From contig CALZGM010000013.1 of the NCBI GenBank assembly GCA_945787015.1, forward strand, positions 28,568-60,567: DNA of 32,000 bases. Direction: 5' to 3'. Shown here piece by piece: positions 15,355-23,652 of the stretch. The first letter of the stretch is position 1. Every line of letters begins with the position of its first letter. The notes beneath the pieces were generated by a model. The model saw nothing but the letters and a program-made list of their open reading frames with translations. It was not told the origin of the DNA and ran no database searches. Position numbers and translations under genes: made by a program. Origin of the DNA: an uncultured Roseburia sp. (lineage in GTDB: Bacteria; Bacillota; Clostridia; Lachnospirales; Lachnospiraceae).

Positions 15355-15369
15355 TATGAAATATCTGTT

Positions 15370-15443
15370 TGTCTTACTGTTGAGTTGTTGTCAATAATAT
15401 AACGCGCAATCTCCATTGCACGCTCTTCAATATATCCTTTCCA
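15370..15443 (-). pseudogene. Orphan 5' fragment of spoIIID (about 25 codons, start codon TTG mutated to TGG)
   Basis: The minus strand reads tgg aaa gga tat att gaa gag cgt gca atg gag att gcg cgt tat att att gac aac aac. Homology to spoIIID ends at 15370. Confidence 0.8.
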
Positions 15444-15488
15444 AAAAATCCCCTGCAATACTTGTTTTTACATTGTATGCAGGGGATT
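15370..15488. repeat. 119-bp direct repeat, copy 2
   Basis: See copy 1. It contains the same hairpin/T-run, which here terminates the histidine phosphatase gene, and the same CATACAAT element. Confidence 0.95.
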
Positions 15489-15529
15489 GTTAATTATTCT
15501 ATATTTTATGTAGGTACATTTTCCATCCA

Positions 15530-16108
15530 TTAAACAAATTTTATTCCTCTATTAAATGCGTATTCGCAATCTTCTTGACCTCTTTCGTATCTGCATTCAA
15601 CAATTTCTGCCGGTGCAATATTCTCAATATATTTCAAAGTCCGAAAAGCCATACCATGTCCTACAATAATCACTTTTTCATAATCAGCATATTTATCAGC
15701 CACTCGCTTTATACGCTCTCGCAATGATGAAAGTGACTCCCATCTCATATCTTGCCCTTCCGGATAAACACCTTTATAATCTTGAAACTCCTTTCCAATC
15801 ATTGCCACTTCTTCCGAAGATGTTATAGAATTCGTTTTATCTACAATCCATTCATGCAGTTCTGGTTCCACCACAATTTCCTTATTAATTTTTCTTGATA
15901 TGATTGCAGCTGTCTGCAATGCCCTGGTATATGGAGAGCAAATAATCAAATCTGCATCTAATAGTCTGCTGTCTTCTGCCATTTCCTCCATCTGTTTCAA
16001 ACCAAGTTCTGACAATGGCGCAAAGCTTCTACCAAAACCATAAAATCCTATTTTTGAGACTGCTTCATAATCCGGTTCTCCATGTCGAATCAAATAAAAT
16101 AGTGCCAT
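15530..16108 (-). CDS. Histidine phosphatase family protein (phosphoglycerate mutase-like)
   Basis: N-terminal LIRHGE motif (RHG catalytic signature) and a later GHG motif. Confidence 0.85.
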   Translation of the reverse strand: MALFYLIRHGEPDYEAVSKIGFYGFGRSFAPLSELGLKQMEEMAEDSRLLDADLIICSPYTRALQTAAIISRKINKEIVVEPELHEWIVDKTNSITSSEEVAMIGKEFQDYKGVYPEGQDMRWESLSSLRERIKRVADKYADYEKVIIVGHGMAFRTLKYIENIAPAEIVECRYERGQEDCEYAFNRGIKFV

Positions 16109-16130
16109 TTTATCTTCCCTTTTATACCTT

Positions 16131-16724
16131 TCAATCTATCCTTATCACATGCGAACTCGTCTGTGCTTTTATAGACACACCATTCCATCTATAATCGTAC
16201 AATTCAACATCTTCCGGTGTAACAGATAAGTAGTCTCCATTCATACCTTGAATTCGGATTTCTTCATCATGAATCTCCACATCCACGTACAATGCCTGTT
16301 TATATAAAAGCATTCCGTGCAAATAACCATATTTCTTTTTCAGTTCTTCTGAACTCACAATTTGAGCACCACACCATACATAAGCAGCTGAATTAACAGT
16401 ATAGTACGGAATGTCATTAACAACTGTAAACGCATCTCCATGATCATGTCCATTCATGCATAACAATATATCCTTCCCCTGAAACAGCCTTCTTATCTCT
16501 TCTCTATTATAAATACCTCTATCCCTATGTTCATTCACAAGACTGTGGTGTGAAAAAATAATATACTTTTTTCTGTCACTCAATTCCCTTTTCAGCCATT
16601 CTATTTCGTCTTCCGGAATGATTGGATAGATGGAATTAGCCTCCCTATAAGTTCTTCTATAGTAAGCGCTTTCCTGACCATCCTTACTGAAATAACAAGA
16701 GTTCAAAACAATAAACTTAATCAT
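16131..16724 (-). CDS. Metallophosphoesterase C-terminal half (motifs I-III absent)
   Basis: Only the late motifs are present (FSHHSL and NGHDHGD). No DxH, GDxxD or GNHE motif is found. Only 76 bp separate its start from the aroK stop codon. Confidence 0.6.
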   Translation of the reverse strand: MIKFIVLNSCYFSKDGQESAYYRRTYREANSIYPIIPEDEIEWLKRELSDRKKYIIFSHHSLVNEHRDRGIYNREEIRRLFQGKDILLCMNGHDHGDAFTVVNDIPYYTVNSAAYVWCGAQIVSSEELKKKYGYLHGMLLYKQALYVDVEIHDEEIRIQGMNGDYLSVTPEDVELYDYRWNGVSIKAQTSSHVIRID

Positions 16725-16800
16725 GTTTTTCCTCGTCTCACATGCTATTTACAAAATTGCATTCCCTATAATATCTAGGGACGCTTCTTTTGTCCCGTTA

Positions 16801-17304
16801 TTAACACTTTATGTTACAAATCTCATCGCATATCTGCTCAATACTTTTCCCATCCGTAGCCACCACGAAATCAGCTGCTGCCTCATAGCATGCCCGCCGC
16901 TTTTCCATGAGTTCAGAAATATACTCCACATTCATATGACCGTTTAAGACCGGTCTATCATTGTTGTGCTTCACCCGTTCTAAAATAGTTTCCGGCTTTG
17001 CGGTCAACAGCACAATACGCCCGGCTGCCTTCATCATCTCAATATTTTCTTTCCGTAACACGGCTCCACCGCCACAGGATACGACAGCGTCTTCCTGCTC
17101 GCATAACCGTTTCAGCAAGTCCGTCTCAATATCGCGGAAATGCGGTTCGCCGTATTTCTCAAAAATTTCTGTGATTGGCATGCCCTGTTCTTTGACAATC
17201 TGCTCATCCATCTCTATTTGCGGTAAACCAAGCTGTGAAGAAAGCTTTCTGGCAATCGTGCTTTTTCCGCATCCCATAAATCCGATTAAAAATATATGCT
17301 TCAT
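16801..17304 (-). CDS. aroK: Shikimate kinase
   Basis: MKHIFLIGFMGCGKSTIARKL (P-loop), with overall AroK length and pattern. Confidence 0.9.
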   Translation of the reverse strand: MKHIFLIGFMGCGKSTIARKLSSQLGLPQIEMDEQIVKEQGMPITEIFEKYGEPHFRDIETDLLKRLCEQEDAVVSCGGGAVLRKENIEMMKAAGRIVLLTAKPETILERVKHNNDRPVLNGHMNVEYISELMEKRRACYEAAADFVVATDGKSIEQICDEICNIKC

Positions 17305-17355
17305 ACAAATAAATGCTCCATTCTCAAACAATTCGCCGCAAGAGCCGCGTCATCC

Positions 17356-18243
17356 CTAGCTAAAAAACCGCTCCTTCACTTCTTCTACCGGCATATCCTC
17401 GCCTGTAAACAGTTTAAATGCAGACACGCCCTGCCATAAGAGCATTCCCTTGCCATCAATGCAGGTGCATCCTGCCTCTTTTGCTTCCCGCAAAAGTCTT
17501 GTTTCCAATGGATTATAAACCACATCACAAACCACCAAATCCTTATGAAATGCAGAAGTATCCTTTACGACACTTTCCCCATCCATCGGCTTCATACCCA
17601 CAATGGTTCCATTGATAAAAATATCACTGTCTTTGATTTCTTCCGTCATTTTTGCAGTGTCTGCGGTGTCAAATACATTCACCACGCAGTCCGGTACGTT
17701 CTTACGGATTTTTTCCGCCATTTCAAGCGTACGTTCAAAATCTGCACTCTTTCTCTTAAAAATAGAAAGCTCTCTTGCGCCGTCAATGGCACACTGTACC
17801 TGAATCGCTGTAGCCGCACCTCCGCCGCCTGCGATGGTGATTTTTTTGCCCTTCACATCCACACCACGGTCTCTTAAATTATTGACAAAGCCTTCTCCAT
17901 CTGTAATGTATCCGGTCAGAAATCCATTATCGTTCACAATTGTATTCACCGCGCCGATAATCTGCGCTGCCGTGGAAAGGGCATCCACATATTTTGCAGC
18001 CTCCATCTTGCAAGGCATGGTTACATTATAGCCACGTATCTTAAGCGTCCTCATGGCTGCAATGGCTGCTTCTGTTTCTTCCAACTTTACATCAAATGCC
18101 ACATACGCATAGTCTAACCCCAGCCTTTTAAAACTGTAATTATGCATCGCCGGCGAGCCGGAATGTCCTACCGGCGAACCAATCAACGCCACTAAGCCTG
18201 TATGTCCTGATATTCTTCCTTCCATAATCCTAATTCTCTCCAT
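17356..18243 (-). CDS. aroE: Shikimate (quinate/shikimate) dehydrogenase
   Basis: IGSPVGHSGSPAMHN, NVTMPCK and a Rossmann motif GGGGAA. Confidence 0.9.
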   Translation of the reverse strand: MERIRIMEGRISGHTGLVALIGSPVGHSGSPAMHNYSFKRLGLDYAYVAFDVKLEETEAAIAAMRTLKIRGYNVTMPCKMEAAKYVDALSTAAQIIGAVNTIVNDNGFLTGYITDGEGFVNNLRDRGVDVKGKKITIAGGGGAATAIQVQCAIDGARELSIFKRKSADFERTLEMAEKIRKNVPDCVVNVFDTADTAKMTEEIKDSDIFINGTIVGMKPMDGESVVKDTSAFHKDLVVCDVVYNPLETRLLREAKEAGCTCIDGKGMLLWQGVSAFKLFTGEDMPVEEVKERFFS

Positions 18244-18262
18244 TCTACTGTATGTAAAACAC

Positions 18263-18763
18263 TTATCGATATATCACCTGTAACTGCCCGTCGGCGACGA
18301 TTACCTGCATAATTTTCTTATCTAAAAACGGCTGCATCGCCCTCTTTGCTTCTCCGATACTTCCTTTATAGTTGCCATCTGTCAGTAAAATCACAATCTT
18401 AGAACGTGCCTGAAACAGTTTCAGATACTGTACCAATTGAAAAAAATCCTTCTCTGCGGTGTGCCGCTCATAATCTACGTAGTAGGAAGGCATTCCTGCC
18501 ATCGCCATCGGAACTGCTTTTCCGGAAATTTCTTCGCTCGACTTCCAGTAGACCACATTCAATCGAACATTCCGAAATACTTCGCTGTGTAGCTTTAATG
18601 TACGAAGCAGCTGTGGAAGAATCTCCTGCAGCTGCTCCCGTTCTAAGTTCTCATCTATTACCACGGCCATTTCTAAAATCCCGCCGTTATAATTTCCTTT
18701 TACATGAAGAATGCGTTCTATGCTGTTTTTAAACTGCATCAAAAAAACCGGTGACAAATTCAT
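18263..18763 (-). CDS. Hypothetical protein, degenerate vWA-like fold
   Basis: VVIDENLE (MIDAS-like position, degenerate) and IVILLTDG (vWA-type strand). Confidence 0.5.
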   Translation of the reverse strand: MNLSPVFLMQFKNSIERILHVKGNYNGGILEMAVVIDENLEREQLQEILPQLLRTLKLHSEVFRNVRLNVVYWKSSEEISGKAVPMAMAGMPSYYVDYERHTAEKDFFQLVQYLKLFQARSKIVILLTDGNYKGSIGEAKRAMQPFLDKKIMQVIVADGQLQVIYR

Positions 18764-18782
18764 TCTGCCATGTCCACCTTTC

Positions 18783-19199
18783 TTATGCCTTAATCCGCGG
18801 CATCAAATCTTCGGTATCGCCGCATAAAAGACCGCCTAATGCAGCAAGGATTTTCTTCATCAGCCCCTCTGCCTGCGCATAATCTTCCGGCAAAAAAGTC
18901 ACTAAAAATACACTCTTTGCATCCTGTTCTTTTGCAAACTGTAAGGTGATTTCATCCTTTGGATGAATCTGTGCTGCTTCGACGTCAAAAGAACTTTTTT
19001 CACCCATCGGAATCTCCAGAACTCCGGCCTCTTCCCAGATTTCTGCGTCTTTCACATCTGAAAAAATATTGTAAATTTCACGCACCGTTATTTCCTGCGG
19101 GCAAAAATATAACCAGTCCCCAATTTGTGTTTTTCCTGCCATAAGCTTTCTCCTGTTTTCTGCCGATACCGGCTCTCTATTCACACACTGCTCATACAC
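18783..19199 (-). CDS. Hypothetical acidic protein
   Basis: Long ORF in the operon direction. I recognise no motif. The start may be the internal MAGKTQ. Confidence 0.5.
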   Translation of the reverse strand: MYEQCVNREPVSAENRRKLMAGKTQIGDWLYFCPQEITVREIYNIFSDVKDAEIWEEAGVLEIPMGEKSSFDVEAAQIHPKDEITLQFAKEQDAKSVFLVTFLPEDYAQAEGLMKKILAALGGLLCGDTEDLMPRIKA

Positions 19200-19211
19200 T
19201 TTCTATATACA

Positions 19212-20087
19212 CTACCAGCACAATACCTCGTGTCCGTCCTCCGTTACCAGCACCATGATTTCCCACTGTGCAGACGGCTTGCCGTCATCTGTATATACTT
19301 CCCAGTCATTCTCATCATCCACATAGATCCCTACACCACCCATGTTTACCATAGGTTCGATGGTAAAAATCATACCGGGTACTAAAAGCATCTGCGTGCC
19401 ACGCTTACTGTTATAGCCTACCCACGGGTCTTCGTGGAAAGCTAATCCTACACCATGTCCACCGATTTCGCGCACCACGGTATATCCATTTGCGTATGCA
19501 TGGTCATGTACAGCCTGCCCCATGTCACCCAAAAAGCCCCACGGCTTCACCTGTTCAAGTCCTTTTTGCACACACTCTTTTGTTACTTCCACCAGTTTCT
19601 TTTTCTCAAGACTTACCTCGCCGATACAAAACATTCTGGAGGAATCGGAAAAATAGCCGTTTAAAATGGTAGAGCAATCGACATTAATAATATCTCCGGA
19701 CTGTAACACAACATCCTTAGACGGGAAACCGTGGCATACCTGATCATTTACCGAGGTACATACACTATATGGATACCCCTTATAGTTTAACGGTGCCGGA
19801 ATGCCACCCATTTTTGTTGTCATATCATATACGATTTGATCGATTTCAGCCGTATTCATTCCCTCATGAATATGCTCTTCGATATAATCTAACACTGCAA
19901 TATTAATTTTACAACTTTCCTTAATTCCTGCTATCTGCGCCGGCGTCTTTATAATGTCATGTCTTGGAACAACATGTCCCTGCTCTGCAAAACGTGCGAT
20001 TTTCTGATCAAATGCTTCATGGCAGCCTTTATACTTTCTGCCGCTGCCGCACCAGCAAGGATCGTTACGTCCTATCTTTCCTGTCAT
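19212..20087 (-). CDS. map: Type I methionine aminopeptidase with an N-terminal SEC-C zinc motif
   Basis: RNDPCWCGSGRKYKGCH (SEC-C) plus MetAP core motifs (DIINVD, GHGVG). Confidence 0.9.
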   Translation of the reverse strand: MTGKIGRNDPCWCGSGRKYKGCHEAFDQKIARFAEQGHVVPRHDIIKTPAQIAGIKESCKINIAVLDYIEEHIHEGMNTAEIDQIVYDMTTKMGGIPAPLNYKGYPYSVCTSVNDQVCHGFPSKDVVLQSGDIINVDCSTILNGYFSDSSRMFCIGEVSLEKKKLVEVTKECVQKGLEQVKPWGFLGDMGQAVHDHAYANGYTVVREIGGHGVGLAFHEDPWVGYNSKRGTQMLLVPGMIFTIEPMVNMGGVGIYVDDENDWEVYTDDGKPSAQWEIMVLVTEDGHEVLCW

Positions 20088-20106
20088 AATCTGTCTCTTT
20101 TCTACT

Positions 20107-20760
20107 CTAATAATTTACGGTCACCTTGCCCACCGTAACGCGGTCCCAAACTGCCTCGTTAAGTTCCACTTCATGCCCGCTCACAAAAGCCTCATAATTT
20201 TCGCCGGTGTAATTGTACGCTTCGTATGGCACCTCTTCCATCTGTACCAAAATACTTTGATATTTATTTGCCAAAGCAATCTTTCGCATAGAAGCCTCAA
20301 GCTCCTCCGGCGTCACTCCGAGTCTCTCATACTGTGCTTCCTTCAAATCACCGCAAAAATCCAACACCTCATTTGCCAGATAGGCTTCTTCCTCTTCTGT
20401 AAGTGTCAGCTCGTTTTCCTCGGCAAGCCGGTAAAAAAGTTCATCGTGTACTGCCATATTAATGACCGCTTCTTCCGCCAGCACCCGTATGAAGTGTCCG
20501 TTGGTATGTGTATTCCAATACCGTCTCGGATTCTTTGGATTATACAAAATCGCTTCGTCCTGCACTTCCTTTTCCTGATAGGCAATGTAAAATGCCATAT
20601 CCCGTAACGTAAGCGCTTCTCCATCTACCGTAACAATGACCGCCTCCAGGTTTTTAGAAACCTCAATCGGTTGTCTGGACTCACGATCCTTGTAGCAGTA
20701 TATGCCCATCGCAATTACAAAAATGAGTAAAACTATCTTTACTCCTATTTCCTTTTTCAT
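20107..20760 (-). CDS. Membrane-anchored hypothetical protein (possibly a SurA/PrsA N-domain-like chaperone)
   Basis: N-terminal TM helix IVLLIFVIAMGIYCY. The remainder is helical and acidic. Confidence 0.5.
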   Translation of the reverse strand: MKKEIGVKIVLLIFVIAMGIYCYKDRESRQPIEVSKNLEAVIVTVDGEALTLRDMAFYIAYQEKEVQDEAILYNPKNPRRYWNTHTNGHFIRVLAEEAVINMAVHDELFYRLAEENELTLTEEEEAYLANEVLDFCGDLKEAQYERLGVTPEELEASMRKIALANKYQSILVQMEEVPYEAYNYTGENYEAFVSGHEVELNEAVWDRVTVGKVTVNY

Positions 20761-20772
20761 GAATATCCCAGC

Positions 20773-21210
20773 CTATTTACAAAGCTTTGCAACCACCTGA
20801 TTGATCACTGCGCCTTCTGCTTTTCCTTTTAATTCCGGCATCACATTTTTCATAATCATGCCCTTGTTTTTCCCTGCCACCAATTCGGCAAAACGTTCTG
20901 TAATAAACGCTTCTACTTCCTCTTCTGACATCATCTTTGGAGCATATTCCTGGAAAATGTCATAACGCGCCTGATATTCTTCCAACAAATCAGTTCTGCT
21001 TGCCGGGCAGCTGTCAAACTGTTCCTTCACAGATTTTATCTCTTTTAAAATGACACGGTCAACGATTTCTTCCGAAATATCATCTCTGCATCCTTCGTCG
21101 ATTGCCACCTTTTTTGCTGCGGAAACCAGTGCGGAAATGGCATCCTTACGCACCTTATCTCTCGCCTTCATTGCTGCAACCATGTCTTTCTGTAACTGTT
21201 CAAACTTCAT
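20773..21210 (-). CDS. yqeY: GatB/YqeY domain protein
   Basis: MKFEQLQKDMVAAMKARDKVRKDAISALVSAAK is a typical YqeY N-terminus. Confidence 0.85.
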   Translation of the reverse strand: MKFEQLQKDMVAAMKARDKVRKDAISALVSAAKKVAIDEGCRDDISEEIVDRVILKEIKSVKEQFDSCPASRTDLLEEYQARYDIFQEYAPKMMSEEEVEAFITERFAELVAGKNKGMIMKNVMPELKGKAEGAVINQVVAKLCK

Positions 21211-21234
21211 CTTTCTATCCTCCTGAAATAAATT

Positions 21235-22413
21235 CTATAATACTCTCCGTACCGATACAATTGTTCGATAAGTAGCTGTCCCATAGCAAATACCTAATCT
21301 TGAATTCGCCGCATGAACAATCTTTCCATCTCCCATATAAATTGCCACATGACCAGCATAGCAGATAATATCACCTGCTTTTGCATTTGCATAGCTTACC
21401 GCCTGTCCGCAGCTGCGCTGTTCATAAGAGGTTCGTGGAAGTGATATACCATATTTTCCAAAACATGCCATTACAAAATATGAGCAATCGCAGCCGTTTG
21501 TCAAACTGCTTCCACCGTATACATAAGGGTTCCCTACAAACTGACATGCATAGTTTACCACATCCTGGCCACTGACATTCGTACTGTAGGATGGATTGGA
21601 GCCTCCTGTCAACCCGCCAGAGTTGCCTGCATTATTCCCCCCGGATGATGCTGCCGCTTTCTCTGTTGCAATTCGTATTTCCTCATCTGAAATAATCTTA
21701 TTCTGCTTCTTTATCGTCGTTGCATAGCTCTTAGCAAGTTTTGTTGCATTGGCAAGCTTCGTCTCAAAGCCTTCCATCTTTGCTGTACTCTCTGCAATCA
21801 GTGTCTCTAACTCGCCCTGCTGCTCCTTCATATTCATCTGCAGCTCTTCCATTTCAATCATTTCCAAATCCAACTGTAGTGATAAATCCTCCACTTCCTG
21901 CACCGTATTCTGGTATTCGGTCAGCTGGTTCCTATCATAGTCGTAAACACTGTTAATATATTCTACCCTGTTTAGCACGTCCGACATACCGCCCGCATCT
22001 GCCACCGTCGTCCAGACGGATGCATCACCATTTTCATACATATACTGGATTCGAAGCTTCATTGCCTCGTATTGTTCTGCTTCTCTTTGCTTTGCAGCCT
22101 CTAAATCTGCTTCTGCCTGGTCGATTTCTGCCTGCTTATTGGTAATGTCCTCCTCCAATAGTGTCAAATCCGTGAGTAATGCCATCAGTGCTTCATCATA
22201 AGCATCCATTTTTGCCTGTAAAGCTTCCTGCTCTTTCTCAAGTTCTTCAATTTCCTTATTTACCTTATCCAGTTTGTCCTGTGCTTCCTGCTTTTTTTTC
22301 TTAGCATCATCGATGGTATTGGATGCGTAGGCGGTCAGTGTTCCTCCTGTAAGCATCGCAAAAATCATAACCACGGACAAAATTCTTTTATAAAAATAGG
22401 GTTTCCTTCTCAT
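21235..22413 (-). CDS. Secreted coiled-coil NlpC/P60 (C40) peptidoglycan hydrolase, CwlO/PcsB-like architecture
   Basis: Signal or anchor sequence, a long E/K/Q-rich coiled coil, and a C-terminal NPYVYGGSSLTNGCDCSYFV catalytic Cys motif. Confidence 0.85.
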   Translation of the reverse strand: MRRKPYFYKRILSVVMIFAMLTGGTLTAYASNTIDDAKKKKQEAQDKLDKVNKEIEELEKEQEALQAKMDAYDEALMALLTDLTLLEEDITNKQAEIDQAEADLEAAKQREAEQYEAMKLRIQYMYENGDASVWTTVADAGGMSDVLNRVEYINSVYDYDRNQLTEYQNTVQEVEDLSLQLDLEMIEMEELQMNMKEQQGELETLIAESTAKMEGFETKLANATKLAKSYATTIKKQNKIISDEEIRIATEKAAASSGGNNAGNSGGLTGGSNPSYSTNVSGQDVVNYACQFVGNPYVYGGSSLTNGCDCSYFVMACFGKYGISLPRTSYEQRSCGQAVSYANAKAGDIICYAGHVAIYMGDGKIVHAANSRLGICYGTATYRTIVSVRRVL

Positions 22414-22440
22414 TTTCTCTCTCCGGTATAATTATCATGT

Positions 22441-22474
22441 ATAAAAAATAGGTGCAGCAATTGCTACACCTATT
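22441..22474 (-). terminator. Intrinsic terminator after the CD225 gene
   Basis: aataggtg (22447-22454) pairs with cacctatt (22467-22474) around a gcaattgc core. A T-run follows on the minus strand. Confidence 0.65.
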
Positions 22475-22531
22475 CTACCACATTTTGTATTCTTATTTCT
22501 ACTCAATACGGCATTTTGGGAAAAATAATTT

Positions 22532-23587
22532 TTACTCCTCTTCCCAACCGATATAGGAAATCATCAAGCTATTCATTTTCCCTTCAGAATAACTAATATT
22601 AATGGAATTAAAATAGTCATCATAGTGGTCCGGATGGTGCATATACCATTCAAAGGACTGATAATCATAATCTGTATCTTCGCTTGCATACTCATAATCC
22701 GCAGAGCCAAATGCCTCAACCAGCTCGTTAGGTGTGGTATTCTTTGTTACTCCGTTATAGAGTTCGAAATCAGCCACAGCATCCTGCCAGTCATCAAAAT
22801 AGAGTGTAACAGAAAAGACAATCCCATCCTTACACGCAATTGGTGCATCTGTCACATTCATGATATACAGATAACCGATATGGTAACCATCTTTATTTAA
22901 TAATTCTCTGTATTCATACTCGTTTTTATTAATGACATATTCCTCATCCGAAACCTTAAATCCCGCTTCTGCAAGGTCTGTGTATGAAATTGGCAGGGTA
23001 ATAAGTACACCGTCAATCGTGATTTCCGGCGTTGTGTAACCATCGCCTTCTACAAATTCTCGGGCTGGCTTTTCTTCTTCCATCATCCCATCCGCCTCAT
23101 TTTCGTACTGAATCTCGGCATTCTCAAGATAACTTTCAAAGTTTGTATTCGTTCCGTCATGCAAATAATCCGGATATCGCATCAGACTTGAAAAAATAAT
23201 CGCGCCAAAAATAATTACGATTAAAAAGTTGAAAAGCCAGATGCCAAAACCTATCCACAAGGAAACGGCTGAAGTTTTCTTCGCAGAAAGAAAATCATCC
23301 CAACGTTCCTCGTGATATGCCGCATTGGCTTTTGCTGTATAAACACAACCAATAATACCGCAGACAAATGTAACAAGGTTAAGCCCAATGATTTCCAATA
23401 TCGATGCGGTAAGTTTTAACCCGAACCGATTCTTTACCGGATTCCCGTTCTTATCTAAAGGCGGATTCCCATTCAGATTATAGTCGGAATCAGAATACGG
23501 CTGCCACTGATAGGGATCCTCATTATAATTATATGATTGTTCATTTTGATAGAATCTTTCATTTTCATCCCTGGTTTCGTTTTCCAT
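22532..23587 (-). CDS. CD225/dispanin-family membrane protein with a large C-terminal soluble domain
   Basis: Y/N/P-rich N-terminus, then LVTFVCGIIGCVYTAKANAAYHEERWDDFLSAKKTS (CD225-like) and a second TM helix. Confidence 0.6.
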   Translation of the reverse strand: MENETRDENERFYQNEQSYNYNEDPYQWQPYSDSDYNLNGNPPLDKNGNPVKNRFGLKLTASILEIIGLNLVTFVCGIIGCVYTAKANAAYHEERWDDFLSAKKTSAVSLWIGFGIWLFNFLIVIIFGAIIFSSLMRYPDYLHDGTNTNFESYLENAEIQYENEADGMMEEEKPAREFVEGDGYTTPEITIDGVLITLPISYTDLAEAGFKVSDEEYVINKNEYEYRELLNKDGYHIGYLYIMNVTDAPIACKDGIVFSVTLYFDDWQDAVADFELYNGVTKNTTPNELVEAFGSADYEYASEDTDYDYQSFEWYMHHPDHYDDYFNSINISYSEGKMNSLMISYIGWEEE

Positions 23588-23652
23588 TTCTTACTCCTTT
23601 GTTTTTAAATTAACCCTATTCTAGCAAAGTCCGAAAAGTCATGCAAGCAATT

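Larger units (their letters stand above)
11456..15369 (-). mobile_element. Recombinase-less 3.9-kb accessory cassette (MetRS paralog plus HTH-NTase pair) between the 119-bp direct repeats
   Basis: The unique DNA begins with a consensus promoter about 15 bp inside one repeat. It ends with the NTase stop codon 12 bp from the other repeat. Confidence 0.55.

Noticed and set aside
11456-15369. Transposon or IS origin of the cassette.
   Set aside because: There are no terminal inverted repeats and no transposase ORF. The 119-bp flanking duplication is far longer than any transposase target duplication.
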